DNA of 45,453 nucleotides from NCBI GenBank assembly GCA_050248615.1, contig JBFWSA010000019.1, positions 1 to 45,453 of the forward strand, given 5' to 3'. The stretch is from Simkaniaceae bacterium (lineage in GTDB: Bacteria > Chlamydiota > Chlamydiia > Chlamydiales > Simkaniaceae). Positions within the stretch are counted from its first letter, which is position 1, and every line of letters begins with the position of its first letter. Shown in pieces: positions 19,186 to 29,958 of the stretch. A program made the position numbers and the translations under genes. The notes beneath the pieces are model-generated. The model was not told the DNA's origin. It was given only the letters and a program-made list of their open reading frames with translations, and did not search any database.

Positions 19186-20559
19186 ATGGAAGTCATTACA
19201 TTATCGCGTATCCAGTTTGCATTAACTGCTGGATTTCACTATCTCTATCCTCCCCTTAGTATTGGGCTGAGTTTGATGATTGTTATTATGGAGGGGATCT
19301 ATCTCAAAACAAAGAACCCCCTTTATCGGACAATGACGATGTTTTGGACGAGAATTTTTGCCCTGAGCTTTGCCATGGGTGTTGCCACGGGGCTTGTGCA
19401 GCTATTTGCTTTTGGAAACAATTGGTCGGAATACTCCCGCTTTGTAGGGGATGTTTTCGGAAGTGCTTTAGCAGCTGAAGGGGTGTTTGCTTTTTTCTTA
19501 GAAGCAGGATTTATTGGACTCATGCTGTTTGGGTGGAATCGGGTGAAACCAGGGATTCACTATGTGGCATCGATCTGTGTGGCTTTTGGCGCCCATTTCA
19601 GCGCCACTTGGATTGTGGCAGCGAATTCATGGATGCAAACGCCTACAGGGTATGAAATTGTGGGTACGGGAGGGGAAGCCCATGCGATCATTACGAGTTT
19701 TTGGGGGATGATCTTTAACCCTTCCTTTTTAGACCGTTTGACCCATGTTTTGATCGGGTGTTGGCTGACAGGAGCCTTTATGGTGATTAGCGTATGCGCC
19801 TACTACTTTCTGAAAAAAAAGCATTTGGATTTTGCTAGGATAGGGATGAAGCTGGGGATTACGATTGCCTTTGTGATGGCTATTTTGCAGCTTTTTTCAG
19901 CCGATAGTTCTGCAAGGTTAGTTGCAAAATACCAGCCTGCTAAACTAGCAGCTATGGAAGGGATCTATCAAACACAATCCCATGCCCCCATGAGTCTGAT
20001 CGGATGGCCTGATAGCGAGACGGAGGAGGTTCATGCGATTCAAATTCCAGGATTACTCAGTTTCTTGATCGGTCGAAGTGTAGCCCAGCCTGTGGTAGGG
20101 CTCGATCAGTTTCCTAAGAGTGACTGGCCGAATGTTCCCGCAGTTTTTCAGTTTTATCATGTCATGATCTACATGTGGTGTGGGATGTTTTTAGGAGCTA
20201 TTTTGGGCTTTATCTTGTGGAAACGAAAAGCCTTAGAAAAAGGGAAATGGATCCACCGCTATCTAGTTCTCTGTGTGGCTTTTCCATTCATTGCGAATGA
20301 GGTGGGTTGGTTTACAGCCGAAATGGGAAGACAGCCTTGGATTGTTTATAATGTCCTGAGAACGTCGCAAGGGGCCTCTCCTTCCGTTGTAGCTAGCCAG
20401 GTGATTGGCTCCCTGATCATGTTTTCCGTGATCTATATTTTCCTTTTTTCCCTTTTCATTTTTCTTTTAAACCGGAAAATCAAGGCGGGTCCCGAAGAAG
20501 AGAAAAAAGGGAGCGCTGCTTTATACCGCGACCCCTACTCATCCCCATCAGGAGTATAA
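19186..20559 (+). CDS. cydA: Cytochrome bd ubiquinol oxidase subunit I
   Basis: Motifs LSRIQFALTAGFHYLY, ANSWMQTP, QPAKLAAMEG and EMGRQPW. Confidence 0.97.
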   Translation: MEVITLSRIQFALTAGFHYLYPPLSIGLSLMIVIMEGIYLKTKNPLYRTMTMFWTRIFALSFAMGVATGLVQLFAFGNNWSEYSRFVGDVFGSALAAEGVFAFFLEAGFIGLMLFGWNRVKPGIHYVASICVAFGAHFSATWIVAANSWMQTPTGYEIVGTGGEAHAIITSFWGMIFNPSFLDRLTHVLIGCWLTGAFMVISVCAYYFLKKKHLDFARIGMKLGITIAFVMAILQLFSADSSARLVAKYQPAKLAAMEGIYQTQSHAPMSLIGWPDSETEEVHAIQIPGLLSFLIGRSVAQPVVGLDQFPKSDWPNVPAVFQFYHVMIYMWCGMFLGAILGFILWKRKALEKGKWIHRYLVLCVAFPFIANEVGWFTAEMGRQPWIVYNVLRTSQGASPSVVASQVIGSLIMFSVIYIFLFSLFIFLLNRKIKAGPEEEKKGSAALYRDPYSSPSGV

Positions 20560-20562
20560 TTT

Positions 20563-21594
20563 ATGGACCAATTACAGGTGTTTCATATTATTTGGTATCT
20601 CGTCATTGGGGCGAGTGTTATTTTCTACACGGTTTTAGATGGATTTGACTTGGGAGTGGGGTGTTTGCATCTCTTCACGCGTAAGGATACGGAAAGACGA
20701 GTGATGCTCAATGCCATTGGGCCTGTGTGGGATGGAAATGAAGTGTGGCTGATCATTATTTTTGGGGGGCTATTCGTAGGTTTCCCTAGCATTTATGCGA
20801 CCATTTGTTCAGCCTTTTATACCCTCATCATGATTTTAATCGCAGGGCTCATGATTCGGGCGGTTGCGATAGAGTTCCGTTCTAAACAGGAATCTCCCCA
20901 TTGGCGCCGTCTTTGGGACTGTCTATTTAGCGTTTCTTCCTATATTATTGCTTTTTCTATTGGGGTCATTATGGGAAATCTGATTACGGGGATTCCCTTG
21001 AATGCTGAAGGAAACTTTGTGGGGACATTTTGGGATTTCTTCACTCCCTATACCTTTTTAGTCGGAGTGATGGGGGTGGCTGTTTTTACCATGCATGGAG
21101 CGATCTATATGCTGATGAAAACAGAAGGGGAGCTCCATGAGCGTATCCGCAGGTGGGTCAATCCTTCTATTATGGTTTTTATCATCCTCTATCTTTTAAC
21201 GACTTTTGCTACCCTGCTTTATATGCCCCATATGACAGGAGCCATGCGGAATGTACCGTGGCTCTTTTTAGTTGCTCTTGTTTCCATGCTGATGATTGCC
21301 AATGTTCCCTTTTGTGTAAATAGGGGGTATGATGGATGGGCCTTTATCTCTTCTTCCCTCAGTATCGCCCTCCTTTTTGTCCTTTTTGGAATAGGAACCT
21401 ATCCTAATATGGTACGCTCGAGTTTAGACCCCATCAACTGTAGCTTAGATCTCTTTAGTGCAGCAGCCAGTCTCCCTACGATGAAGGTCATACTCATTGT
21501 TGCCCTCATTGGAGTTCCTTTAGTGCTAGCGTATGGGTGGTGGATCTATCACATCTTCCGGGGGAAGGTCAGCATCGATGATATGAGTTATTAA
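20563..21594 (+). CDS. cydB: Cytochrome bd ubiquinol oxidase subunit II
   Basis: Motifs LDGFDLGVG and IGPVWDGNEVWL; directly follows cydA. Confidence 0.97.
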   Translation: MDQLQVFHIIWYLVIGASVIFYTVLDGFDLGVGCLHLFTRKDTERRVMLNAIGPVWDGNEVWLIIIFGGLFVGFPSIYATICSAFYTLIMILIAGLMIRAVAIEFRSKQESPHWRRLWDCLFSVSSYIIAFSIGVIMGNLITGIPLNAEGNFVGTFWDFFTPYTFLVGVMGVAVFTMHGAIYMLMKTEGELHERIRRWVNPSIMVFIILYLLTTFATLLYMPHMTGAMRNVPWLFLVALVSMLMIANVPFCVNRGYDGWAFISSSLSIALLFVLFGIGTYPNMVRSSLDPINCSLDLFSAAASLPTMKVILIVALIGVPLVLAYGWWIYHIFRGKVSIDDMSY

Positions 21595-21733
21595 CCTGAG
21601 TTTTGGGTTTTCTGTTAGATTTTTGTTTGTTTTCACGCAGGAAAGGGCCAAAGAGCCCTTTTCAAGTGAAAATAAGCAAAAAGAAAGAGAAAACCCCCTG
21701 AGAATCAATAAGAAAAACCCAAAACTCAGGTTA
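21592..21733. mobile_element. Palindromic element E, overlapping the cydB stop codon
   Basis: Perfect 20-bp TIR TAACCTGAGTTTTGGGTTTT. Internal hairpin TTTTCACGCAGGAAAGGGC-CAAAGA-GCCCTTTTCAAGTGAAAA. GTTATTAA occurs at both junctions. Confidence 0.85.
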
Positions 21734-21739
21734 TTAATG

Positions 21740-21766
21740 AAAAAGGCAGGATTGCTCCTGCCTTTT
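21740..21766. terminator. Bidirectional intrinsic terminator between cydB and the porin array
   Basis: AAAAGGCAGGA-TTGC-TCCTGCCTTTT, lying between convergent genes. Confidence 0.75.
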
Positions 21767-21791
21767 GAGTATAAAACGGATTTCTCCTGTT

Positions 21792-22973
21792 TTAGAAATC
21801 GAGTCTGGCTTCTCCAGTAATCCCGTAAAACATCAGATCTTCAGACTGCTTTTCAAAGCGTTGATTAAGAAGGATGTTTGCAAAGGCTTGACCACCACCG
21901 GCTCCAAGATTAAACTCTTCTGGAAGATTGAATTGGTTAATTCTCCAGTAGTACTGAACTTCATAACCGAGCTTCAACCCCACATTGAATTTATTGTTAT
22001 TAATGCGGCGATCCCAACCCAGACCTAGGAACATCTGCGCAAAGGGCACATACCGATGGAATTTATCGGTGAGTTTATAAATTCTTTGATTATCAGTGAG
22101 AAAATTAATCCCTTGAAAGAAGGGAAGAAATTCTCTGTGTAGAGATTTAAAGCTACCATAGAGAATGGAGGCTGCAACATCCCCAAAGATGTGAAATCCA
22201 TACCCTAAAGCCCATTTGCTATCGAGACCTGCTCGAGGACCAATTCCCCAGAAAGTCATCCGGTTTTTCGCTTTAAAGTCTAGCCCACCTAGAATACTAA
22301 AGTTTGTAGGATACCCTGATAGAGTATAAGTCGTGTTTTGAGTGAGGTCAATCCACGCTGACTTAACATCAAAGTGAGGGCGAAGAGAGACTTTGCTACT
22401 GATCGCATAGCTTCTTCCCAGCTCCAATTCCACGTTATTATAGTCCACATTCATATGGGACTTAGCGTGAGATGCTGGAAGGGAAATAAAGGTTCCTAGA
22501 GAAAGTAACATGCTAGGAGCGGCTTTAAAGGAGGAGTCGCTATCCTCAGTTTGGTACCACGTATAGTGGGCATAAAGATCCCAACAATCATGAGGTAATT
22601 TATAACCAAGGCCTACTTTTACCCCCATATCCCAGTCAAAATCGACCTCTTTAACATCTCCATCAATGGGGAATGTAGGGGTGTTTTGGTTAAGGCCTGG
22701 AGCTCCCCAGCTCTGAATACTATAAGCATATTCAGTTCCACCGAGTTTGGCGTGCCAGTACGTTAAATCAAAAGTCACAAACCAATTTCCTGGAACATCC
22801 GGATTGGCTGTGACAAAGCCCGCACCCAAAGTTCCCTGAGGGTTACGTGCAGAGACCTCTTGCATCTCTTTTTCCAAAATATCTAGTCTATCATCTAGAC
22901 CAGCATAAGCGAGTGATGATAAAACCGTAGAAAAAGCGATCGCAGAGGAAAGCTTTGTAAGGTGACGTTTCAT
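21792..22973 (-). CDS. MOMP-like outer membrane porin 1 (Legionella OMP/Lpg1974-like)
   Basis: Start moved to MKRHLTKLSS (GGAG RBS, matches the paralogues). Signal peptide, beta-barrel pattern, GPRAGLD, GYEVQYYW and a terminal Phe. Confidence 0.88.
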   Translation of the reverse strand: MKRHLTKLSSAIAFSTVLSSLAYAGLDDRLDILEKEMQEVSARNPQGTLGAGFVTANPDVPGNWFVTFDLTYWHAKLGGTEYAYSIQSWGAPGLNQNTPTFPIDGDVKEVDFDWDMGVKVGLGYKLPHDCWDLYAHYTWYQTEDSDSSFKAAPSMLLSLGTFISLPASHAKSHMNVDYNNVELELGRSYAISSKVSLRPHFDVKSAWIDLTQNTTYTLSGYPTNFSILGGLDFKAKNRMTFWGIGPRAGLDSKWALGYGFHIFGDVAASILYGSFKSLHREFLPFFQGINFLTDNQRIYKLTDKFHRYVPFAQMFLGLGWDRRINNNKFNVGLKLGYEVQYYWRINQFNLPEEFNLGAGGGQAFANILLNQRFEKQSEDLMFYGITGEARLDF

Positions 22974-23015
22974 TTTGAGACTCCCTAAATAATACATAAT
23001 CTACCCTTAAAATCC

Positions 23016-23044
23016 TCTATATGATATAACAGGACTTTTTGCAA
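23016..23044 (-). promoter_or_regulatory. Sigma66/70-type promoter of porin 1
   Basis: TTGCAA-N17-TATAGA; the same hexamers and spacing recur at 26953-26981. Confidence 0.65.
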
Positions 23045-23063
23045 TTTATTATTATTATTTTCT

Positions 23064-23094
23064 AAAAAGAAAGCAGGAGAGCATCCTGCTTTCT
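23064..23094 (-). terminator. Intrinsic terminator after porin 2
   Basis: Minus strand AGAAAGCAGGA-TGCTC-TCCTGCTTTCT followed by a T-run. Confidence 0.75.
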
Positions 23095-23106
23095 AGGGTA
23101 AATTGT

Positions 23107-24288
23107 CTAAAAATCGACGCGAGCTTCTCCTGTAATTCCATAGAACATGAGGTCCTCAGACACCTTTTCAAAGCGTTGTTGACGGACAACGTTGATTAAT
23201 TCTTTGCCAAAAGCATTGCCTTGATTGTATTCTCCAGGAAGATTAAATTGATTAATTCTCCAGTAATACTGAACTTCGTAACCGAGTTTCAAGCCTAGAT
23301 TGAACTTATTGTTATTGATGCGACGATCCCAGCCAAGACCTAAGAACATCTGCGCGAAGGGGATATACCGATGGAACTTATCGCTGATTTTATAAATTCT
23401 TTGGCTATCTGTATGGAAGCTAATTGTCGCAAACAGAGGGACAAATTCTCTGTGGAGAGACTTAAAGTTTCCGTAAAGAATAGAGGCTGCTACATCTCCA
23501 AAGAGATGAAATCCATATCCTAAGGCCCATTTGCTATCGAGACCTGCTCGAGGACCAATTCCCCAGAAGGTCATCCGATTTTTTGTTTTGAAATCTCCCC
23601 CCCCTAGATTGTCGAAATTTGTAGGATATCCTGATATAGTATAAGTCGTATTTTGTGAGAGGTCAATCCAGGCTGACTTTACATCAAAGTGAGGGCGCAG
23701 GGAAACCTTACTACTAATCGCATAACTTCTGGCGAGTTCTAATTCGACATTATTATAGTCGACATTCATATGGGATTTCACATGAGATGCTGGAAAGGAA
23801 ACAATCGATTTTAGAGAAAGCAACATACTGGGGGCTGCTTTGAAAGAGGAGGCACTATCCTCGGTTTGATACCAGGTATAGTGTGCATAGACATCCCAAT
23901 TGTCATGGGGTGTTTTATAGCCAAGACCCACTTTTACCCCCATATCCCAGTCAAAATCGACCGCTTTGACATCCCCATCGATAGGGAATCTAGGGGCGCT
24001 TTGTTGAATACCTGGGGGGCCCCAGCTTTGAATGCTATAAGCATATTCCGTACCACCGAGTTTGGCATGCCAGTACGTTAAATCAAAAGTCATAAACCAG
24101 TTTCCTGGAACATCCGGATTGGCTGTGACAAAGCCCGCACCCAAAGTACCCTGAGGGTTACGTGCGGAGATCTCTTGCATCTCCTTTTCTAAAGTATCTA
24201 ACCGGTCATCTAGACCCGCATAAGCGAGTGAAGATACAACCGTAGAAAAAGCAATCGCAGACGAAAGCTTTATAAGGTTATAATTCAT
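23107..24288 (-). CDS. MOMP-like outer membrane porin 2
   Basis: Close paralogue of porin 1, with long identical DNA blocks and a terminal Phe. Confidence 0.88.
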   Translation of the reverse strand: MNYNLIKLSSAIAFSTVVSSLAYAGLDDRLDTLEKEMQEISARNPQGTLGAGFVTANPDVPGNWFMTFDLTYWHAKLGGTEYAYSIQSWGPPGIQQSAPRFPIDGDVKAVDFDWDMGVKVGLGYKTPHDNWDVYAHYTWYQTEDSASSFKAAPSMLLSLKSIVSFPASHVKSHMNVDYNNVELELARSYAISSKVSLRPHFDVKSAWIDLSQNTTYTISGYPTNFDNLGGGDFKTKNRMTFWGIGPRAGLDSKWALGYGFHLFGDVAASILYGNFKSLHREFVPLFATISFHTDSQRIYKISDKFHRYIPFAQMFLGLGWDRRINNNKFNLGLKLGYEVQYYWRINQFNLPGEYNQGNAFGKELINVVRQQRFEKVSEDLMFYGITGEARVDF

Positions 24289-24423
24289 TTTGAGACTCCA
24301 TAAATAGTATATAATCTATCCATGATTCAATATTTATTATATAAAAAATATTTTTTCAATTTGTTTTATTAAAAGAAATTTTTTCAATTAATTTAGAGTT
24401 TTATTTGAATATCGATTCGCGTT

Positions 24424-24568
24424 ATGAATCTATCCCACTAATCCATTTAAGGGGATTGTTTTCCTTCATTTTGAGGACATTGTCCAAGAAACAAGGCGTC
24501 AAAATGAAGGGAAAAATCAGTAGAAAAGGCAAAAAAATACTGGAAATGGATGAGTGGGATAGGTTCAT
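24424..24568. mobile_element. Palindromic element A2, immediately after the porin 3 stop codon
   Basis: TIR ATGAAYCTATCCCACTMATCCATTT. Reverse-orientation copy of A1 without the nested insert; 145 bp. Confidence 0.9.
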
Positions 24569-25732
24569 CTAGAAATCGAGGCGAATTTCCCCTGTGATTC
24601 CGTAAAACATGAGGTCTTCTGTTTGTTTTTCGAATTGGATACGCCCCCCTTGGTCCACAGTGGAGACATTTCCAATGATGAGATCTTCGGGTTGGTGGAT
24701 TTGATTCACTCTCCAATAGTATTGAACTTCGTACCCTGCTTTGATTCCGAGGTGTTGTTTAGAATTGTTGATATACTGCTGGTAGCCAAGACCCAGGAAC
24801 ATTTGACCAAAAGGGACGAAGCGGTGAAATTGGCTGCGCACTTTAAAAGCGCGACCATTCGGAAATTGATCGGGGTTTAAACTAGGAGGGATGAAATCTC
24901 GCTGCAGGCTTGAGAACTTTCCATAAAGAATAGAGGCTGCAAAGTCGGCAAAGACATGAAATCCATACCCTAGGTACCATTTGCTGTCGATGCCTGTTCT
25001 AGGTCCTAATCCCCAGAAATTGATCCGTCCTTTTGTTTTGTAATCGAGTCCCCCCAGCCCATCAAAAAAGGTGTTAATACCCGATGCTGTGTAAACCACA
25101 TCTTGATCGATGTCGATCCAAGCCGATTTCACGTCAAAATGGGGGCGGAAAGAGAGCTTACTGCTGACAAAATAGCTACGCGCGAGCTCTAATTCGACAT
25201 TATTATAGCTCACTTCAATCGTCGATTTTGCTTTTGAAGCGGTCACAGGAAGGATAAAGGTTAAAGAGATCAGTCCACTCGGAGCCGCTTTGAAGGAAGA
25301 GCTTGTGTCATCTGTTTCATAATAGGTATAGCGTGCATAGAGGTCCCATTTATCATATGGGGTTTTGTAGCCAAGTCCTGCTTTTACTCCGATATCCCAA
25401 CCGAAGTCATGTTCTTTAACATCTCCATCTATGGGGAAAGCAGGCATTCCTTGGGTGTTGTTAAAACCGTTGAAGCTGTAAGCATATTCTGTTCCTCCCA
25501 TTTTGGTATGCCAGTAGGTGAGATCAAAAGTGACAAACCAGTTCCCTGCTTTTACCTCTGGACGTGCGGTATAAAAGCTGGCACCTAACGTCTGTTGAGG
25601 GTTACGGGCTGAAATTTCCTGCATCTCTTTTTCTAAGACTTCTAGGCGATCTTCTAGATCGGCATAAATAGCTGTCGATAAGCTGAGGGAAAGAGCTAAG
25701 CAAGAAGAGAGCTTTAGAACGTTTTTTTTCAT
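24569..25732 (-). CDS. MOMP-like outer membrane porin 3
   Basis: Paralogue with EKEMQEISARNPQ, GGTEYAYS and EDLMFYGITGEIRLDF. Confidence 0.88.
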   Translation of the reverse strand: MKKNVLKLSSCLALSLSLSTAIYADLEDRLEVLEKEMQEISARNPQQTLGASFYTARPEVKAGNWFVTFDLTYWHTKMGGTEYAYSFNGFNNTQGMPAFPIDGDVKEHDFGWDIGVKAGLGYKTPYDKWDLYARYTYYETDDTSSSFKAAPSGLISLTFILPVTASKAKSTIEVSYNNVELELARSYFVSSKLSFRPHFDVKSAWIDIDQDVVYTASGINTFFDGLGGLDYKTKGRINFWGLGPRTGIDSKWYLGYGFHVFADFAASILYGKFSSLQRDFIPPSLNPDQFPNGRAFKVRSQFHRFVPFGQMFLGLGYQQYINNSKQHLGIKAGYEVQYYWRVNQIHQPEDLIIGNVSTVDQGGRIQFEKQTEDLMFYGITGEIRLDF

Positions 25733-25758
25733 CTTTTGAGACTCCTGAAAATATTTGG

Positions 25759-26907
25759 CTAGAAATCTAGTCTGATTTCACCCGTAATTCCGTAGAACAT
25801 CAGATCTTCCGCCTGTTTCTGGAACTTAAAACCAATGCTTCCATTTTGACTCGAATCTAATAGGAAGTCTTCTGGCTGGTGAATTTGGTTCACTCTCCAG
25901 TAGTATTGAACCTCATACCCTAGTTTTAAGCCGAGATGTTGTTTCTCATCATTAATATACCGTTCCCAGCCAAGGCCTAAGAACATCTGCACAAAGGGAA
26001 CAAAGCGATGAAACTTATCTCGGACTTTGTAGGCGACTCCATCAGGAATGATGGCTGGAGCTGTATGGGGGGGGAAGATATTCTTTTGAATCGTGTTGAA
26101 GTAGCCATAAAGAACCGATGCGGCAACATCTCCAAAAATATGGAAGTCATATCCTAAATACCACTTGGTATCAAACCCTGCACGGGGGCCCAAGCCCCAA
26201 AATTTCAAATGTTCTTTGGCTTTGATATCGAGTCCTGCAAACGCAGCGCCGGGGCTTGCTACCCCTGAAGCGGTATAGACAACGTTTGTATTGATATCAA
26301 TCCATGCAGCTTTCATGTCGATATGGGGACGAAAAGAGAGCCTTCTACTGATGAAGTAGCTTCGACCCAGTTCTAGCTCTACATTATTATAATCGATGTT
26401 GATGTGAGATTTTGCAACGTTACTGGTCAGTCTAAAGTAAAGGTTTAAAGAGATGAGAGTGCTAGGGGCCGCTTTATGGGAACTGGCGCTGTTTTCTGTT
26501 TCATACCAGGTATAGCGGGCGTAGAGATCCCATTTATCATGCGGAGTTTTATAACCCAGACCTGCCTTCAAACCGATATCCCAGCTAAAACTATTATCTT
26601 TCGTATCCCCATCTAGAGGAAGTCCTGTATTCGTTCCTCCATTTTGAACGCTATAAGCATATTCAGTCCCCCCCATCTTTGCATGCCAATAGGTCAGATC
26701 AAACGTTGCAAACCAACGCGTTCCGTCTACTTCAGGTCGCGCAGTTGTAAAACTGGCTCCAAGTGTATCTTGTGGATTTCGCGCTGAGATCTCTTGCATT
26801 TGTTTTTCTAAATGATCGATGCGGTCTTCATATCCTGCCTGGATAGAACCGATTGCAATCGTAGAAAAAGCTGAGAGAGAGATCAGCTTAAAAAGAGAGC
26901 TTTTCAT
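25759..26907 (-). CDS. MOMP-like outer membrane porin 4
   Basis: Same motifs as the other porins. Lies 26 bp from porin 3, so likely co-transcribed. Confidence 0.88.
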   Translation of the reverse strand: MKSSLFKLISLSAFSTIAIGSIQAGYEDRIDHLEKQMQEISARNPQDTLGASFTTARPEVDGTRWFATFDLTYWHAKMGGTEYAYSVQNGGTNTGLPLDGDTKDNSFSWDIGLKAGLGYKTPHDKWDLYARYTWYETENSASSHKAAPSTLISLNLYFRLTSNVAKSHINIDYNNVELELGRSYFISRRLSFRPHIDMKAAWIDINTNVVYTASGVASPGAAFAGLDIKAKEHLKFWGLGPRAGFDTKWYLGYDFHIFGDVAASVLYGYFNTIQKNIFPPHTAPAIIPDGVAYKVRDKFHRFVPFVQMFLGLGWERYINDEKQHLGLKLGYEVQYYWRVNQIHQPEDFLLDSSQNGSIGFKFQKQAEDLMFYGITGEIRLDF

Positions 26908-26952
26908 TCTGTTGAGACTCCATAAATAGTAAATAATCTACCCTTAAGGATT

Positions 26953-26981
26953 TCTATAAGGAAAAAAAAGACTTTTTGCAA
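26953..26981 (-). promoter_or_regulatory. Sigma66/70-type promoter of porins 4-3
   Basis: TTGCAA-N17-TATAGA, followed by the conserved leader TAAGGGTAGATTAT...GGAGTCTCAA. Confidence 0.65.
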
Positions 26982-27068
26982 CGAATAGTATTATTTTTTT
27001 TTAAGAAGATACGATTGATTTTGTAAAATAAGACTTCAAATTAAAGAAAATAAAGAAGTTATAGTGCT

Positions 27069-27236
27069 ATGAACCTATCCCGAATTAAAGGATTTATTTG
27101 ATTTCTTGGATTTTTGAGAAGATGTCCTTTTTCTATTTTGAGGACATTGTCCAAGAGACAAGGACTCAACATAGAGGAAGGACAGACCTCGAAAAGACTG
27201 AAATAAAAAAATGATTTTAATTCGGGATAGGTTCAT
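27069..27236. mobile_element. Palindromic element A3 (A-type ends, divergent arms), supplying the nadK stop codon
   Basis: Perfect 21-bp TIR ATGAACCTATCCCGAATTAAA. Core TTGAGGACATTGTC-CAAGA-GACAAGGACTCAA is shared with A1/A2. 168 bp. Confidence 0.88.
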
Positions 27237-28072
27237 CTAAGCTTTCCAGCCCAGTTCAGTTTTTTTCTTAGAGTAGAAAAATAGTCTATTCGGTTTAGAT
27301 TGACGAGCTTGAAAGTTTTGGCACTTTTTCTAATTTCAACGGCATCTCCTGTTTTCATTTCGAAGTGCTCAAATCCATCAGCAACAAACTCAACCGGATT
27401 ATGGTGGCTCACATATTCGATGCGAATGTTTCGATTGGGAGTGATCACGATGGGGCGGTTTGAAATTGTGTGAGGGCAGATGGGAGTTAAAACAAGGGCA
27501 TCAATTTCAGGGCTTAAAATCGGTCCTCCCGCTGCCAGAGAGTAGGCAGTGGAACCGTTGGGGGTTGCTAAAATCACACCATCGGCTTCAAAAGTATTGA
27601 GAGGGAGATCATCGATAGAGATGGCAATTTCCACTAAACTGGGATTGCGTGCACGATGTAAAACGCAATCATTAATCGCAAAAAAAGTCTCTCCACGACT
27701 CGATTTCCCTTCAATGATCATCCGATTTTGGATGGTGAAAGCTCCATTTAAGAGATCTTCCAAACCGGGGATAATTTCAGAGATTTGCACATCGGCCATA
27801 AAACCTAAGTGTCCCAAGTTGATTCCCAATATGGCTGCATCTAAATGGGAATAATGGTGAGCGATGCGGAGGATCGATCCATCTCCTCCCATGGTGATCA
27901 GAAACTGGATCTCTTCCGGTTTGACCGAAGAAAGGGATGGCATATCGAGTTGACTTGCTTTATCATCTTCAACAACGACCGTCGCTTTTCCCTTAGAGAG
28001 AAAGTCAATGACTTTTCGCGCTAACCGTTTAGATTCCTCTTCTTGAACTTTGGGAAAAAGGGCGATGATCAT
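27233..28072 (-). CDS. nadK: NAD kinase
   Basis: Motifs [16 protein letters not shown] and [20 protein letters not shown]. Confidence 0.96.
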   Translation of the reverse strand: MIIALFPKVQEEESKRLARKVIDFLSKGKATVVVEDDKASQLDMPSLSSVKPEEIQFLITMGGDGSILRIAHHYSHLDAAILGINLGHLGFMADVQISEIIPGLEDLLNGAFTIQNRMIIEGKSSRGETFFAINDCVLHRARNPSLVEIAISIDDLPLNTFEADGVILATPNGSTAYSLAAGGPILSPEIDALVLTPICPHTISNRPIVITPNRNIRIEYVSHHNPVEFVADGFEHFEMKTGDAVEIRKSAKTFKLVNLNRIDYFSTLRKKLNWAGKLR

Positions 28073-29958
28073 AAGGCGAGTTCGGGTTTAGGCATTTTTT
28101 CAAGAACTTGTTTAGCAATTGCTTCAGGGGTGATGCCAAATTTCTCTAGAAGGTGGCGATGGCTCCCATGTTCGATGAATGTGTCTGGGATGCCGATATT
28201 CACCACTTTTAAATGGGAAAGTCCCTTTTGCATGATGAAATGGTTAATAATCGATCCTAAGCCCCCTTGTAGAGCATGTTCTTCAATAGTAACGATGAGA
28301 TGAGACTCCTGGAATTTTTCCAAAAGAAGGGCTTCATCGAGAGGTTTGATAAAAACAGGGTCGATCACACAGGCTTCGACTCCTTCTTCTAAAAGAAGGG
28401 TGCGTGTATCACAGGCGATTTTATCCATATGCCCTAGAGCAATGAGGGTGACATCTTTTCCTTCAGCTAAGACTTCCCCCTTTCCAAGAGGGCGCTTTTC
28501 TAAGGGGAGGTTCTCTTCAGTCGTCGAAAGATTGGGGTAACGTATGGCTGTAGGGCAGTTCCAGTCGAAAGCGCTTTCAAGAAGCTCCTTGAGTACATGT
28601 CCATTTCGAGGTTGCGTAATCACCATATTGGGCATGCAGTTCAGAAAGGCAATATCATAAAGCCCTTGAGCTGTCACTCCATCCCCCGTAGCTAACCCTG
28701 CTCGGTCGATGGCGATTACAATGGGGGAGCGTTGGACGCAGACATCATGGTAAATGTTATCAAAGGCGCGCTGCAGAAAAGAAGAGTAGACACAAGCAAC
28801 GACTTTGAGTTTTCCTCCATGCCCCATGCCCCCTGCATAAGCCAGGGAGTGACCTTCAGCAATGCCGACATCAATGCACCGATCAGGATAACGTTTCATG
28901 AATCCATCTAGGCAAGAGCCCACAGGCATTGCAGGAGTAATCGTAACTAAGTGGGGATCTTCTTCAGCCATTTTTAAGAGGTGTTTTCCAAAAACCTTGG
29001 GGAAAGTCGGGTGGTTAGATTTGGGAGGATGAAACTCTCCTGTGATCCGGTTGAAAGGTTTGGCTCCATGATAGGGGGTCGGATTATTAATCGCATTTTT
29101 CATCCCTTGACCTTTCACCGTCAAAACATGAACTAAGGTGGGATGATCGACCTCTTTAAGCGCTTCAAAAGTGTCGATGATTTTTTTAATATCGTGCCCA
29201 TCAATGGGTCCTACATAGGAAAGGCCAAACTGCTCAAAGAAGGGAGCAGTGCTCACGAGATTTTTTAGGGATTCTTTCATTTTATTCCCTTGCTTGGCGA
29301 GGGTTTCTCCATAGCCAGGGATTTTTGAAACGATTTCCGTTAATTCTTCGTAGATATTATTGGCTACAGGGCTGTTAAAAAAGCGACTTAAGATCCCTGT
29401 GATGGCCCCGACATTTTTTGAAATCGACATCGCATTGTCATTGAGAACAACTAAAAATTTTTTCAGTTTTCGAGGGATATTGTTCATCGCTTCGAGAGTG
29501 AGACCGCAGGTGAGAGCTGCATCTCCTAGAATCGGGATAATGGTTTCGTTTTGCTTCCGGATATCTCGATTTTTAGCCATTCCCAAAGCGAGAGAAAGGG
29601 CATTACCAGCATGTCCCGAATAAAAAAGGTCATGAATGGACTCAGGAGGGTAGGTAAAACCGCAGATACCATCCGTTTGACGGAGGGTGGGAAATCGGGG
29701 ATTGCGTCCTGTTAAAAGTTTATGGACGTAGGACTGATGTCCCACATCAAAGATCAGTTTATCTTGAGGGGAGTTAAATACCCGGTGCAAGGCGATGGTG
29801 AGTTCTACAATCCCCAGGTTTGAAGAGAGATGACCTCCCGTGATGGAGAGGACATCCATAATCCTTACCCGGATTTCTTGGGCTAAACGTTTCAACTCTT
29901 CAGTAGAAAGCTCCTGAAGCTGTTGGGGGTGGGATAGAGTTTCAAGTATGGAGTTCAC
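28069..29958 (-). CDS. dxs: 1-deoxy-D-xylulose-5-phosphate synthase
   Basis: Motifs [34 protein letters not shown] and DVGIAEGH. Confidence 0.97.
   Translation of the reverse strand: MNSILETLSHPQQLQELSTEELKRLAQEIRVRIMDVLSITGGHLSSNLGIVELTIALHRVFNSPQDKLIFDVGHQSYVHKLLTGRNPRFPTLRQTDGICGFTYPPESIHDLFYSGHAGNALSLALGMAKNRDIRKQNETIIPILGDAALTCGLTLEAMNNIPRKLKKFLVVLNDNAMSISKNVGAITGILSRFFNSPVANNIYEELTEIVSKIPGYGETLAKQGNKMKESLKNLVSTAPFFEQFGLSYVGPIDGHDIKKIIDTFEALKEVDHPTLVHVLTVKGQGMKNAINNPTPYHGAKPFNRITGEFHPPKSNHPTFPKVFGKHLLKMAEEDPHLVTITPAMPVGSCLDGFMKRYPDRCIDVGIAEGHSLAYAGGMGHGGKLKVVACVYSSFLQRAFDNIYHDVCVQRSPIVIAIDRAGLATGDGVTAQGLYDIAFLNCMPNMVITQPRNGHVLKELLESAFDWNCPTAIRYPNLSTTEENLPLEKRPLGKGEVLAEGKDVTLIALGHMDKIACDTRTLLLEEGVEACVIDPVFIKPLDEALLLEKFQESHLIVTIEEHALQGGLGSIINHFIMQKGLSHLKVVNIGIPDTFIEHGSHRHLLEKFGITPEAIAKQVLEKMPKPELAL

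Noticed and set aside
21588..21737. Element E (TAAC...GTTA at a stop codon) as an integron attC site
   Set aside because: The ends do not fit RYYYAAC/GTTRRRY well, it follows a housekeeping gene, and there is no integrase or cassette array.
21792..26907. Porin array or the 33.6-34.8 kb duplicate as a diversity-generating retroelement or silent-cassette system
   Set aside because: No reverse transcriptase or recombinase is present, the differences are not adenine-specific, and all four porins are full-length with their own RBS.
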